This document shows positions 45,656 through 56,528 of a stretch of 64,000 nt of DNA, in pieces. The notes under the pieces are model-generated. The model ran no database searches. It had not been told where the DNA came from and saw only the letters and a list, made by a program, of their open reading frames with translations. This DNA is from an uncultured Prevotella sp. (GTDB lineage Bacteria > Bacteroidota > Bacteroidia > Bacteroidales > Bacteroidaceae), in contig CATXJC010000002.1 of the NCBI GenBank assembly GCA_958369755.1, positions 2,605 through 66,604 of the forward strand, in the 5' to 3' direction. Every line of letters starts with the position of its first letter. Position 1 is the first letter of the stretch. Made by a program: the position numbers and the translations under genes.

Positions 45656-48226
45656 TTAATCTACTACCGTAAACTTGGCATATTTCAGCAGAAGCTGTTT
45701 GGTGCCAGAATGAACGAACTCAACCGTAGCCTTCGTATTCTCACCAGTACCTTCAATCTTCAATACCGTTCCCCGTCCAAAACGCTGATGTTCAATCTTC
45801 ATTCCCTCCTGCAAACCACAAGAAGAACTGCCAGCAGATGAAGCTGTAGAAGAAGAAACTGATGCTGCAGAAGATCCAGTACTGCGAGAAGCAGGATGAG
45901 AAGAATGCGTCTCCATATAACGCTTAGCTGCATTCAGCGCTCTAACAGACTTGAAATTGCCTTCAGAGAGAGATGAGCGTCCGGAAACAGACGAGCGTCC
46001 GGAAGTACGTGAAGTCTCAGGTTCATCATCAAAGAGAGAAGGCTTAGGATCTGCTACAAACTGCGATGCTACCGGTTTGGAATTCTGATACCTGCTACTG
46101 TATCTAGGCTGCTCAGCATCCTCCCACGGTCTGCGAGGACGTTGTGCTCTCGCCCACTCCGGCTGGTCAGACATCGAATCAGCTCTAGAACCAAACCTTG
46201 AACCAGACCTTGAACCAAGCCTTGATTCAGACATAGAGCCAAACAAGCTTCCACCAGCCTCATCCTGGCAATCAATCAACTTGCCGTCAATCTCATCGAT
46301 AAACCGACTCGGATTATCAAACTCCATCTTGCCATATCGCCAGCGATTCTTGGCGTTCGTCAGGATACAATGTTTCTCAGCTCGCGTAATGGCTACGTAA
46401 AGCAATCTCCGTTCCTCCTCCAGTTCTCGGAGCGAAGCAGCAGAAAGCGGACTTGGGAAGATATTCTCTTCCAAACCAACCACGAAAACCGTAGGAAACT
46501 CCAGACCCTTGGCAGCATGAACCGTCATCAGAGAAACACGAGGTTCATCCTTATCACCATCGCTGTCAGCATCGGTAAGCAGCGCCACATCCTGCAGATA
46601 ATCCTGCAGGAAGAGTTCATCGAACCTACCCTCTTCACGGCATTCCTTCACAAAAGCAGACATACCGCTCAAGAATTCCTCCAGGTTCTCCTGACGTGCC
46701 TGATCATCGGCATCCTTGCCCGTCATGATATCCTGACTGATACCACTCTCCTTGATAATGGCATCACCCAATTCATAGACATCCGTAGTTTGAGCCCGTT
46801 CGATAAACGAAGAAATCAGCAATCTGAAGGTTTCCAGCTTGTTCATCGTACCCTTGGTAACCGCCAGTCCATACCGCTCAGGGGCACCGATTACCTCCCA
46901 GAAACTCACCTGGTTCTGATGGGCACAGTCAGCAATCTTCAGCACCGTAGTAGCCCCTATTCCTCGTGCCGGATAGTTGATGATACGCTTGATAGCCTCT
47001 TCATCATCCGGATTCGCCACCAGACGGAAATAAGCAATAATATCCTTAATTTCCTTGCGCTGGTAGAAACTCAGTCCGCCATAAATGCGATAAGGAATAC
47101 CCTGCTTTCTGAACTCCTCCTCGAAGCTGCGGCTCTGGGCATTGGTGCGGTAGAGAATGGCAAAATCACTATACTGGCAGCCATCGTCGCGCCGGATACG
47201 CTTTACGTCCTTCGCCACAATCGCCGCCTCTTCCTTGTCGCTGTAAGCAGGCTTATACTGAATCTTCTCACCCTTCGCATTCTCGCTGAACACATCCTTA
47301 GGAATCTGGTTGCGGTTATGCTTGATCAGACTGTTAGCCGCCTCAACGATGGTCTGGGTAGAGCGGTAGTTCTGCTCCAGTTTGAAGAGACGCGTGCCCT
47401 GAAACTGGCGCTGATAGTTGAGAATATTATCGATATTGGCACCACGGAAACTATAGATACTCTGCGAGTCATCACCCACGGCACAAACACGCTGCTTCTC
47501 CTGACAGAGTTGCATGACGATAGACATCTGAACGTGGTTGGTATCCTGATACTCATCCACGAGGACATAATCGAAGCGGGCGGCATATTTGTGGCGAATA
47601 TCCTCATGTTCTCTGAAGAGCTGATAAGTAAGCGTCAGCAAATCATCGAAATCCATGGCATTGGCCTGCTTGCAGCGCTGCACGTAAGCCACGAAAATCT
47701 TACCAACCTCAGGCATCTGCGCACGCTTGTTCTGCTCGAAGATAGCCGCATCGCTCTCATAAGCCGCAGCACTCATCAGGTTGTTCTTCGCCATCGAAAT
47801 CTTGGCATGAACGGCAGCAGGCTTATACTTCTTATCATCCAGCCCCATCTCCTTCACTATCGCCTTGATCAGCGAGCGCGAATCACTTTCGTCATAAATG
47901 GTAAAGTTGTTATTGAAGCCGATATGCTCAGCCTCCGCTCTCAGGATTCGGGAGAAGATGCTGTGGAAGGTACCCATATAGAGATGCTGGGCGAGATCAT
48001 TTCCCACCAGTTTTCCGATACGTTCCTTCATCTCCCTTGCCGCCTTATTGGTAAAGGTGAGCGCCATGATGCTCCAGGGTTTCATGCCCTGGCTCAGGAG
48101 ATAAGCTATCTTATAAGTAAGCACACGCGTCTTACCCGAACCTGCACCGGCTATCACCAGCGAAGGTCCGTCAATATATTCTACCGCAGCACGCTGCGCT
48201 TCGTTCAAGTCTTTCAGTAAATCCAT
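45656..48226 (-). CDS. uvrD: UvrD/PcrA family DNA helicase
   Basis: AGAGSGKT, DEYQD, QNYRS, HAAKGLEF, YVAITRA; C-terminal Tudor-like HQRFGRG. Confidence 0.95.
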   Translation of the reverse strand: MDLLKDLNEAQRAAVEYIDGPSLVIAGAGSGKTRVLTYKIAYLLSQGMKPWSIMALTFTNKAAREMKERIGKLVGNDLAQHLYMGTFHSIFSRILRAEAEHIGFNNNFTIYDESDSRSLIKAIVKEMGLDDKKYKPAAVHAKISMAKNNLMSAAAYESDAAIFEQNKRAQMPEVGKIFVAYVQRCKQANAMDFDDLLTLTYQLFREHEDIRHKYAARFDYVLVDEYQDTNHVQMSIVMQLCQEKQRVCAVGDDSQSIYSFRGANIDNILNYQRQFQGTRLFKLEQNYRSTQTIVEAANSLIKHNRNQIPKDVFSENAKGEKIQYKPAYSDKEEAAIVAKDVKRIRRDDGCQYSDFAILYRTNAQSRSFEEEFRKQGIPYRIYGGLSFYQRKEIKDIIAYFRLVANPDDEEAIKRIINYPARGIGATTVLKIADCAHQNQVSFWEVIGAPERYGLAVTKGTMNKLETFRLLISSFIERAQTTDVYELGDAIIKESGISQDIMTGKDADDQARQENLEEFLSGMSAFVKECREEGRFDELFLQDYLQDVALLTDADSDGDKDEPRVSLMTVHAAKGLEFPTVFVVGLEENIFPSPLSAASLRELEEERRLLYVAITRAEKHCILTNAKNRWRYGKMEFDNPSRFIDEIDGKLIDCQDEAGGSLFGSMSESRLGSRSGSRFGSRADSMSDQPEWARAQRPRRPWEDAEQPRYSSRYQNSKPVASQFVADPKPSLFDDEPETSRTSGRSSVSGRSSLSEGNFKSVRALNAAKRYMETHSSHPASRSTGSSAASVSSSTASSAGSSSCGLQEGMKIEHQRFGRGTVLKIEGTGENTKATVEFVHSGTKQLLLKYAKFTVVD

Positions 48227-48300
48227 GAATCAATATTTGAGGCAAAAAACTATTTTAAGGTCACCCCTATCAACTATAAACTATAAACTATCAACTAATA

Positions 48301-49035
48301 TTACTTCCCCCTATATCCTCCCACAGCCGTGCCCGGGTCGAAATCTTCCCCCTCACGAGGGAAGGTAGGGATAAATCTCATCTGATGTTCTATCTGTCGC
48401 TGGCGCTTTTTCATATAAGCGCTAGGATGCAAAGAACTGAATTTGCGCGGATTAGGAAGTGTAGCTGCTATCAGCGCACACTCGCCACGAAACAGATCTT
48501 TCGCTTTCTTGTCGAAATGATATTCTGCAACCGCATCCACACCATAGATACCCGGTCCCATCTCAATGCTGTTGAGATAAACCTCCATGATGCGCTGCTT
48601 GCTCCACATCATTTCGATGAGGAAGGTAAAGTAGACTTCAAATCCCTTGCGGGTCCATGAACGGCCAGGCCACAGGAAGACATTCTTAGCTGTCTGCTGA
48701 CTGATGGTACTGGCTCCATGCACCTTTCCGCCACGGGCATTATTCTTCGCCGCACTCTCGATGGCATTGAAGTCGAAACCGTGATGCTTCAGGAATCTCG
48801 CATCTTCGCTCGCCATTACCGCCACTGGCATGTGAGGCGAAATCTTATCCATCGGAACCCAATGATGATGCAGGGTAATACTCTCTCCATCAGCTACTTG
48901 CTGAAAGCATCGGATAAACATCAGAGGAGTGACATATACAGGAATGAATCTATATGCCACTACAGCAAGAATGGTGGTACTGAAAAACAGCACCACCACC
49001 CATTTTACTATATTCTTGATTTTATTCAAAATCAT
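48301..49035 (-). CDS. mtgA: Monofunctional peptidoglycan transglycosylase
   Basis: [27 protein letters not shown] motifs. Confidence 0.95.
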   Translation of the reverse strand: MILNKIKNIVKWVVVLFFSTTILAVVAYRFIPVYVTPLMFIRCFQQVADGESITLHHHWVPMDKISPHMPVAVMASEDARFLKHHGFDFNAIESAAKNNARGGKVHGASTISQQTAKNVFLWPGRSWTRKGFEVYFTFLIEMMWSKQRIMEVYLNSIEMGPGIYGVDAVAEYHFDKKAKDLFRGECALIAATLPNPRKFSSLHPSAYMKKRQRQIEHQMRFIPTFPREGEDFDPGTAVGGYRGK

Positions 49036-49070
49036 CTATTTAGTTTTTCCCTTCCGGGAGCATAAAGTTA

Positions 49071-49760
49071 TTACTTCAATGTACCGTTGTTGGCTGCGTT
49101 AACCATAGCCTGGCTAGCATACATGTAAACCTCTACACGACGGTTCTGGGCGCAAGCAGCAGTAGTATTAACAACAGGGTTAGCAGAACCAAAACCCTGA
49201 ACATTCTTTACCTGACGGCTGGTAACACCGCAAGAAGCGAGATAGTTGTAAACTGCCTCAGCACGCTTCTGGCTCAAAGGCAAGTTGATGCCATCATTAC
49301 CTGTAGCATCAGTATAACCCTGGATAGAAACCTCGCAGTCGGTATTGTTCTTCAAAACACCGGCAAACTGAGCCAAATCCGTCTTTGCGCTACTGCTGAG
49401 AGTAGAACCGTTAGTTGGGAAGAGGATACCAGAAGCAAATGTTACCTTAACGGCAGACAAGCCATTGGCATCTGTTACAGTCTCAACCTGTGCATTCTTC
49501 ACCTGTTCAGCCTCAGCCTTCACCTTATCCATGTGCTTTCCGATGAGGTTACCAGCACCGCCACCAACAGCTGCACCGATAGCAGCACCTACAAGAGCAC
49601 CTGTACCACGATGGCTATTGTTGAGCAATCCACCAACGAGAGCACCCAGAGCTGCACCAGAACCGGCACCTACTGCTGTACCAGTCTTCTGATTGGTTCC
49701 ACAACTTGAGAAAAGCAAGCACAAAGAGAGGCCTGCAACTGCAAAATTAGTCTTTTTCAT
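49071..49760 (-). CDS. OmpA-family lipoprotein with glycine zipper
   Basis: Start MKKTN (49760); FSSC lipobox; GYTD, LSQKRA, NRRVE. Confidence 0.92.
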   Translation of the reverse strand: MKKTNFAVAGLSLCLLFSSCGTNQKTGTAVGAGSGAALGALVGGLLNNSHRGTGALVGAAIGAAVGGGAGNLIGKHMDKVKAEAEQVKNAQVETVTDANGLSAVKVTFASGILFPTNGSTLSSSAKTDLAQFAGVLKNNTDCEVSIQGYTDATGNDGINLPLSQKRAEAVYNYLASCGVTSRQVKNVQGFGSANPVVNTTAACAQNRRVEVYMYASQAMVNAANNGTLK

Positions 49761-50048
49761 TTTAAAATCTCCTATATTTATGTTATTTAATTGCAAAGAT
49801 AACTCTTTTTTCTCCATAATGGAGAGTTTTCTAATATTTTTTTGTATTTTTGCATGCAAATTTAAGGGTATTTGTCGAAATAGAGCTAGGAAATCACCTA
49901 TTTGGGGGTGGAAAATCCCTAAAAGTAGGATTTCAGACACCTGCAGACAGATGAACTGCCGTCAGCACATGATGAAGGGGCTCATGCTTATACCTTAATA
50001 TATAAGTAACAGAAGAAATAAAAAACAAAATAAATAGAATAAAGCAAT

Positions 50049-51530
50049 ATGGCTAAAGAACTCAAGAATTTAACCAAGCGCGCTGACAACTACAGTCAGT
50101 GGTACAATGATTTGGTAGTAAAGGCTGATCTCGCTGAGTTGTCACCAGTTCGTGGTTGTATGATTATCAAACCATACGGTTACGCTATCTGGGAGAAGAT
50201 GCAGCAGCAGCTCGACAAGATGTTTAAGCAGACAGGTGTACAGAACGCATACTTCCCTCTCCTCATCCCGAAGAGTTTCTTCTCTCGTGAGGCTGAGCAC
50301 GTGGCAGGTTTCGCCAAGGAGTGTGCCGTTGTTACCCACTACCGCCTCCGTTCTACAGAGGATGGCAAAGAGGTTGAGGTGGATCCTAACGCAAAGCTCG
50401 ATGAGGAGCTCATCATCCGTCCTACTTCTGAGACCATCATCTGGAACACCTATAAGAACTGGATTCATTCATGGCGTGATCTCCCTATCCTCTGCAACCA
50501 GTGGTGTAACGTAATGCGTTGGGAGATGCGTACCCGTCCGTTCCTCCGTACTTCTGAGTTCCTCTGGCAGGAGGGTCATACCGCTCATGCCACCAAGGAA
50601 GAGGCTGAGGCAAAGGCTCAGGAGATGCTCAAGGTTTACGCTGATTTTGCAGAAAACTACATGGGTGTTCCTGTATTGCAGGGTGTGAAGAGTGAGACTG
50701 AGCGTTTCGCCGGTGCCCTGAACACTTATACCATCGAGGCAATGATGCAGGATGGTAAGGCTCTCCAGAGTGGTACTTCTCACTTCCTGGGTCAGAACTT
50801 CGCCAAGAGTTTCGATGTTACCTACTTGAACAAGGAGAACAAGCCTGAGTATGTATGGGCTACTTCATGGGGTGTTTCTACCCGACTGATGGGTGCCCTC
50901 ATCATGGTTCACAGCGATGACAACGGTCTGGTATTGCCTCCAAAGCTGGCTCCTATCCAGGTGGTTATCGTTCCTATCAACAAGGGCGACGAGCAGTTGG
51001 CTCAGATTACTGCTAAGTTGCAGCCTGTCATCGACCAGCTCCGTGAGTTGGGCATCACCGTGAAGTATGATGACAACCCTGCCAAGCGTCCTGGCTTCAA
51101 GTTCGCTGACTATGAGTTGAAGGGTGTTCCTGTACGTCTGGCTATGGGTGGCCGTGACTTGGAGAACAACACCATCGAGATTATGCGTCGTGATACCTTG
51201 GAGAAGGAGAACGTAAGCTTCGACGGCATCGTAGAGCGCGTAAAGAATATGTTGGAAGACATCCAGAAGAATATCTTCGAGAAGGCTCGTACTTACCGTG
51301 ATGCTCACGTTTATGAGTGCGACAACTACGAGGAGTTCAAGGAGCGTGTGAAGAACGGTGGTTTCTTCCTCTGCCATTGGGACGGTACAGCCGAGACCGA
51401 GGCTAAGATTAAGGAAGAGACTCAGGCTACCATCCGCTGCGTGCCTTTCGCTTACGAGCAGACTCCAGGTGTAGATATGGTAAGCGGCAAGCCAGCCGTA
51501 GCCCGTGTCATCATCGCAAGAAGCTATTAA
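50049..51530 (+). CDS. proS: Proline--tRNA ligase (eukaryote/archaea-like type)
   Basis: [20 protein letters not shown]-terminal RSY. Confidence 0.97.
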   Translation: MAKELKNLTKRADNYSQWYNDLVVKADLAELSPVRGCMIIKPYGYAIWEKMQQQLDKMFKQTGVQNAYFPLLIPKSFFSREAEHVAGFAKECAVVTHYRLRSTEDGKEVEVDPNAKLDEELIIRPTSETIIWNTYKNWIHSWRDLPILCNQWCNVMRWEMRTRPFLRTSEFLWQEGHTAHATKEEAEAKAQEMLKVYADFAENYMGVPVLQGVKSETERFAGALNTYTIEAMMQDGKALQSGTSHFLGQNFAKSFDVTYLNKENKPEYVWATSWGVSTRLMGALIMVHSDDNGLVLPPKLAPIQVVIVPINKGDEQLAQITAKLQPVIDQLRELGITVKYDDNPAKRPGFKFADYELKGVPVRLAMGGRDLENNTIEIMRRDTLEKENVSFDGIVERVKNMLEDIQKNIFEKARTYRDAHVYECDNYEEFKERVKNGGFFLCHWDGTAETEAKIKEETQATIRCVPFAYEQTPGVDMVSGKPAVARVIIARSY

Positions 51531-51577
51531 TCATCCCCGGTATCAGGAAATTCTCCTGATACCATAATATATTTAAT

Positions 51578-52000
51578 ATGAGGCAGTTGATACTATACAT
51601 CCTTTTTCTGGTGTCCATGGTCTTCTCAGGCTATGGAGAGGTATCTGCTGCCTCTATTTCTTTTACTCCCGAGGATTCTTATACCGAAGAGGCAAACCAT
51701 AAGAAAGATGGCTTGGCGAAGGTTGAGTATGACAAGAGCCAGCCTGAGGCACAGCTTGAAAACGCTTCACAGCTTGCTTACCGCATCTGTAGCAGCCGTC
51801 CGCAGCGCTTATTGCCAAGTGGCAATATGCACAACAGTCAGACTGCCAGTAGATTGCTTACAAATAGAATCCGTTATTTATCATCCCTTTTATCAGCTAT
51901 AGAAGGTGGCATGGAGCCTTTCCGACAGGAAACTGCCCCAATCCACTTTGATGTCGCCAGCAAGTATTATGTCATTTGCCTGCGACATCTGCTCTGTTAG
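51578..52000 (+). CDS. Hypothetical protein with signal peptide
   Basis: Hydrophobic N-terminus; C-terminal YYVICLRHLLC. Confidence 0.6.
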   Translation: MRQLILYILFLVSMVFSGYGEVSAASISFTPEDSYTEEANHKKDGLAKVEYDKSQPEAQLENASQLAYRICSSRPQRLLPSGNMHNSQTASRLLTNRIRYLSSLLSAIEGGMEPFRQETAPIHFDVASKYYVICLRHLLC

Positions 52001-52156
52001 TGCTTATTCTTTTCTCTTTTTAAAATTTCATATAGGTTTATCGCATCTTTTCTAAGATATGCGATAAGACTGGTTACACCCCTATTCAAAACAAAAAACA
52101 GTTCAATATATATTATTTTTCAAGAATTAAGAATAAGCAAATAACAGTATAAAATT

Positions 52157-52549
52157 ATGGCAAAGATTAATCATTTAGAGATGGGTGCTGATGTTTTGGC
52201 ACTCCAGGATGTACAGGTAAAGAAAGGTTTCATGGGTTTGACTGTCAAGCTCATCTATCAACCTACCAACAGTGTGATTAAGATAAAAGAGAAGGAATAT
52301 TCTGCAGAGGATGGAAGAAAGCTTGAGAACATCCTCAGCGCAGCCCCAAAGGATGTAGAAACAGCGATCAGCAACTTCCCTGTTTCTGCCATCAGCATGG
52401 GTAATATGAAGTTACAGGCTTGCATCTCTGACGACCACCAGTTTGTTGCCACACAGCTCCTTGCCTTCAAGGATTTCGGTTACAAGCCGGTTACAGAGAT
52501 GAAGACCTATACAGGAAAGACAGCCGAAGCTTTCGCTCAGTTGTTTTAG
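52157..52549 (+). CDS. Hypothetical protein
   Basis: 130 aa, host-like codon usage, followed by terminator 52566-52600. Confidence 0.7.
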   Translation: MAKINHLEMGADVLALQDVQVKKGFMGLTVKLIYQPTNSVIKIKEKEYSAEDGRKLENILSAAPKDVETAISNFPVSAISMGNMKLQACISDDHQFVATQLLAFKDFGYKPVTEMKTYTGKTAEAFAQLF

Positions 52550-52626
52550 TTATATCACAGTTTCGGGACAGGGGACAGCACAATTCCTCTGTCCCTTTTT
52601 TATTTTATAGGTATAGGATGAAATCT

Positions 52627-53490
52627 TTATTTGAAAGAAGGCGGTTCATTCCCCTCTTCCCAATTACGGTAATGCTTAGGCGACAGACCGGTATGTTTCT
52701 TGAAGAAGGTTCCGAAGGCTGAAGCATTGGGAAAACTGAGTTCATTGGCTATCTGCTGTATCGTCTTCGTGGTGTTCTTCATCAGATAGATACTGCGACG
52801 GATCATCGCCTTGAAAAGCAACTGCTGGACCGTCTGACCGCAAACCGACTTGACCAGTACCGACAGATATTTCGGTGTAAGACAGAGTTCGTCTGCATAG
52901 AAAGCCACACTGCGCTCACGCATATAGTTCTTCTCTATCAGCAGTACCAGCGACTCAAAGATGGCTATCTTCCGTTCCATCTCCTTGCCGGCAGCCTTGA
53001 ACGATGCCGAGAAGATGCTGCACAACCGGTACGTAACAGCCATCAGCAACAGTTTCTGCTCATGCACACAATAGGCATCCAGTTCACCACTCTTCTCTTT
53101 TTCCAGCTCCAGTTTCCTCAGCATCAGGGCATAGGAAGTGAGCATATCCTCATAGCCCGTCGTCCTTACATGGCAGGGTTTGGGATAAATCGTAGCATAA
53201 AGACGCATGGTAACCACGGTATTGCCCAACATGTGACGAATCTGTTCAGCACGGTAAAAAAGAAGGGTATATTTAAGGTTCTTGCCCGTTTCCTGCACAT
53301 GAAACATCACTCCTTTGGAGAGGAAAACGGTCTCACCCTCAGATGCAACAAAGGATGTTCCGTCTACACAGAAACGGAACATCCCCTGATGACAGATTAC
53401 GATTCCGACATAGTCGGAGTAGAAAGGCTGCATCAACAGCTGAGGAAACTCATGAGCCTCATATATGATGATATTATCTGTTATTTTCAT
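52627..53490 (-). CDS. AraC-family transcriptional regulator
   Basis: FYADELCLTPKYLS, FPNASAFGTFFKKHTGLSP. Confidence 0.92.
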   Translation of the reverse strand: MKITDNIIIYEAHEFPQLLMQPFYSDYVGIVICHQGMFRFCVDGTSFVASEGETVFLSKGVMFHVQETGKNLKYTLLFYRAEQIRHMLGNTVVTMRLYATIYPKPCHVRTTGYEDMLTSYALMLRKLELEKEKSGELDAYCVHEQKLLLMAVTYRLCSIFSASFKAAGKEMERKIAIFESLVLLIEKNYMRERSVAFYADELCLTPKYLSVLVKSVCGQTVQQLLFKAMIRRSIYLMKNTTKTIQQIANELSFPNASAFGTFFKKHTGLSPKHYRNWEEGNEPPSFK

Positions 53491-53593
53491 GATGAATATG
53501 GGTCTGTTATCTTCAGATTTAACTGCGAAGATAACAAAAATATCCATTCATCAGATGAGCAGCCTGTATCTTTTATGATATTTTAGCACTCCC

Positions 53594-55288
53594 CTACCTT
53601 CTTCCCAGGGATTTCACATCTACATTCTTCAGCAGATACTCACGCGTCAGTTCCCTGATATTGCGCTTGCGCCAAGGGAGAACGAGCATCAGTCCGGCAC
53701 ATAGCAGACAGCCGTAGAAGGTCCAGCCGGCCATCTCCTTGATGCTCACCAGCGTGGCCTGTACCTGTACCTTTCCCTTCGTACTCATGGCAGCCATGTT
53801 CTGTGCCTCGGTTACACTCTTGCCCTGATATTGCATGCCTCTCACCGTCTGGTCGTAAGTCTTCGCCGTCTCGATGCTCGTGCGGTCGTAATCCTGAGCA
53901 AAGCGGGTTACATAATACTGCTGTCTGTGCTGAAGCACATTGGTATAGAGCGCCGAGCCGATGCAAGGGGCAATGACCATACGAACGGTAAGCATGATGC
54001 AAACCCAGGTTGACATGAAGCGGTAAGGCATACGCTGGTTGGCTATCGTGGAGATGAGCGAATAGAGCAGCATCATTCCCGTAGAACGGATGATGATTGG
54101 CCATTTCATACGCTCATACATACCGTCGTTCTGTACCTCGAAATACATGTACAGCGCATAGGCTCCGATAAAGAGGAAGCCCAGACAGTACATCCACTTC
54201 AGGTGAACATTCTTGGCTCTGGCGATGACGGCGAATATCAGTCCCACGGTATAGCCCACCATCACCCAGTTGCCTAGCGTGGCGTTCTGCCAGTTATCTA
54301 TCTTCATGCTCACATTGGTGAACACGTTGACAAACATGGCACTCGAATTGCAGACCATCAGCAGGAAGAAGAGCAGGATGCCGTAGTTGATGACCCTGAG
54401 CTGGAACACCTCCATGATGAAATAAGGTGAACGCCGCGTCTTCTCCAGATAGATGAACAGGGCGGTAAAGATAAGACAGACCACCGAAGAGAAACGGATG
54501 GTAGGATCATCAAACCAGTCGAGCGTCTTGCCGAAAACCATGACATAAGCAAACGAACAGAGCATGATACTGAACACCGTAACATTGCCAAACTTCGACA
54601 TCGTTATCGGGAACTTAGGCGTCGGATACTCATGATAAGGCATGGTGAAGAACACGATGATGATGCCTGCCAGCATGAATGCCATCATGAAATGATAAAC
54701 ATACTGCCACTCATAGGCATAGGCAAGCCATGCCGTTAGCCAGGTTCCCAACTGTCCGATAATCATGAAGAAGAGATAGATGACCGGCTGCGAAACCATC
54801 TTCTCCGAATCTACCGCATCCCATGCTTCCTCGGTAGTAGGCTCACATCCCGGCGTGATATTCCTCGTAGCCTCTATTCCGAAACCGTATCTGATGAGCA
54901 CGAAGAGATGCGCCATCAGCAGCGTCTGACGGACAAAACCCATCAGCAGACTGCACAGTCCGAGTATGAACAGCGAGTCGGTCTGGGCACACACGAAACT
55001 GAGGATAAAGAGAATGGAGAAGCCCACGATACACATCATCTTCTCTCTACGGATGCACACCAGATCATAGAAGAACGGCGAGAAAGCCGCCATTCCTATC
55101 GAGGTACAGAAGCCCGCAAAGGCAATGTATTCCGACTGGATGCCGAGCCCGCTCATCATCTCGCCGCTGTTGGCAGAATAGACACCACTCATCGTAATCA
55201 TCGGCACGAAGAGGATGATCATGAAGATGATGCCGAGCGGTTTGGGCACCCAATCATAAAACGGATAATTCTTATATTCTTCTTCCAT
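53594..55288 (-). CDS. MFS efflux transporter (EmrB-like)
   Basis: ~14 hydrophobic segments; GKTLDWF motif; adjacent to HlyD and TolC genes. Confidence 0.85.
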   Translation of the reverse strand: MEEEYKNYPFYDWVPKPLGIIFMIILFVPMITMSGVYSANSGEMMSGLGIQSEYIAFAGFCTSIGMAAFSPFFYDLVCIRREKMMCIVGFSILFILSFVCAQTDSLFILGLCSLLMGFVRQTLLMAHLFVLIRYGFGIEATRNITPGCEPTTEEAWDAVDSEKMVSQPVIYLFFMIIGQLGTWLTAWLAYAYEWQYVYHFMMAFMLAGIIIVFFTMPYHEYPTPKFPITMSKFGNVTVFSIMLCSFAYVMVFGKTLDWFDDPTIRFSSVVCLIFTALFIYLEKTRRSPYFIMEVFQLRVINYGILLFFLLMVCNSSAMFVNVFTNVSMKIDNWQNATLGNWVMVGYTVGLIFAVIARAKNVHLKWMYCLGFLFIGAYALYMYFEVQNDGMYERMKWPIIIRSTGMMLLYSLISTIANQRMPYRFMSTWVCIMLTVRMVIAPCIGSALYTNVLQHRQQYYVTRFAQDYDRTSIETAKTYDQTVRGMQYQGKSVTEAQNMAAMSTKGKVQVQATLVSIKEMAGWTFYGCLLCAGLMLVLPWRKRNIRELTREYLLKNVDVKSLGRR

Positions 55289-55317
55289 ATATTACTTCAT
55301 TTCCATCTAGCTGTTTT

Positions 55318-56430
55318 TTACTTTCTCTCAGCCTTGACAACCACCATCATGCCGGCAGCAAGATGCTCATTATCCTCTTTGCTGAGGTTGTTGAAATCGA
55401 TTCTTACAGGCACACGCTGCTGAATCTTGACAAAGTTGCCAGCAGAATTGTCTGTTGGTACCAGCGAATATTTCGAACCGGTAGCACCAGAAATGGCGGT
55501 CACCGTACCCTCAAACTCCTTGTTACTGATGGCATCTACGGTCATACGCACCTTCTGTCCTACATAGAGATTCTCTATCTGGGTTTCCTTATAGTTGGCA
55601 ATCACCCATTTGTTGTTGGTTGGAATGATGTAGGTAATGGTGGTTCCTGCATTCACCATCTGTCCCTCCTCGATAGAGCGGCGACCCAGTTTACCATCGC
55701 AAGGGGCCACAACCACACAGTAAGAGAGATTCAGCTTTGCCATCTCTACGGCAGCCTCGGCACGTTCGATGGAGGCAGCCACATTCTGCTTGCGGGTAGT
55801 TACCTCGTTTACTCCCTTATAGGCAGCAGCCTGCTGCTTCTTTACCCCTTCGAGTTTCTTCCTGGTAGCTGCATATTCCACCTCCAGCTGTTCGAGCTGG
55901 ATAGGAGTAGCCGCCTTCTTTTCTACCAGGTTGCGATAGCGTTCGCAGTCCTTGGCAAGTTTGGCAAGTCGTACATTTATTTCATCGATAGATGCCTGAT
56001 AGATAGAAGCTGAAGTCTCGGTGGTCTGCTCTGTAGCGTTGATGACATTGGCTCCTGCCTTGGCATCCTTGAGGGCTGCTTCAGCCTCCATCAGACGGAT
56101 ACGATACTCACGGTCGTCGAGCACAAGGAGGGTATCTCCCTTGTGTACTTCCTGATGTTCTCTGAAGCATACCTTGGCGATATAGCCGGATGCACGGAGA
56201 TTAACCGGTGAGATATATTGCTCTATCTGAGCATCATTGCTCGTTTCGTTAGAGTTATAATCGAGGAAGAGGCATACGATCTTCCAGAGTCCGAAAGCCA
56301 GAATAGCAACACCTATCAGACTGGCAACAATCTGTCTTACGCGCTGTTTCTTGAGTTTTTTCCTGGTTTCTTCGTGAGATACCTGTGTAGCCTCTGCTGT
56401 TTCTACATTTTTATTTTCGTTCTGTTCCAT
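55318..56430 (-). CDS. HlyD/EmrA-family membrane fusion protein
   Basis: WVIANYKETQ, NSAGNFVKIQQRVPVRI. Confidence 0.92.
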   Translation of the reverse strand: MEQNENKNVETAEATQVSHEETRKKLKKQRVRQIVASLIGVAILAFGLWKIVCLFLDYNSNETSNDAQIEQYISPVNLRASGYIAKVCFREHQEVHKGDTLLVLDDREYRIRLMEAEAALKDAKAGANVINATEQTTETSASIYQASIDEINVRLAKLAKDCERYRNLVEKKAATPIQLEQLEVEYAATRKKLEGVKKQQAAAYKGVNEVTTRKQNVAASIERAEAAVEMAKLNLSYCVVVAPCDGKLGRRSIEEGQMVNAGTTITYIIPTNNKWVIANYKETQIENLYVGQKVRMTVDAISNKEFEGTVTAISGATGSKYSLVPTDNSAGNFVKIQQRVPVRIDFNNLSKEDNEHLAAGMMVVVKAERK

Positions 56431-56528
56431 AGTTATATTGTAATTTGGAATCAGGGAATATGAAGTAAACTTTTTTACATCCCGTTTTCCTGTTTATATT
56501 TTATTTTTTAATGATTTATTCTTCTCCG

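Noticed and set aside
46370..48220. 616-aa plus-strand ORF and other long antisense ORFs (e.g. 126-737, 5573-6379, 12825-13748, 26127-27041)
   Set aside because: Shadow frames opposite well-supported genes, with no recognisable motifs.
49884..49934. CCTA/TAGG-rich imperfect palindromes between ompA and proS as an operator or T-box
   Set aside because: Single occurrence, no T-box consensus, too weak to call.
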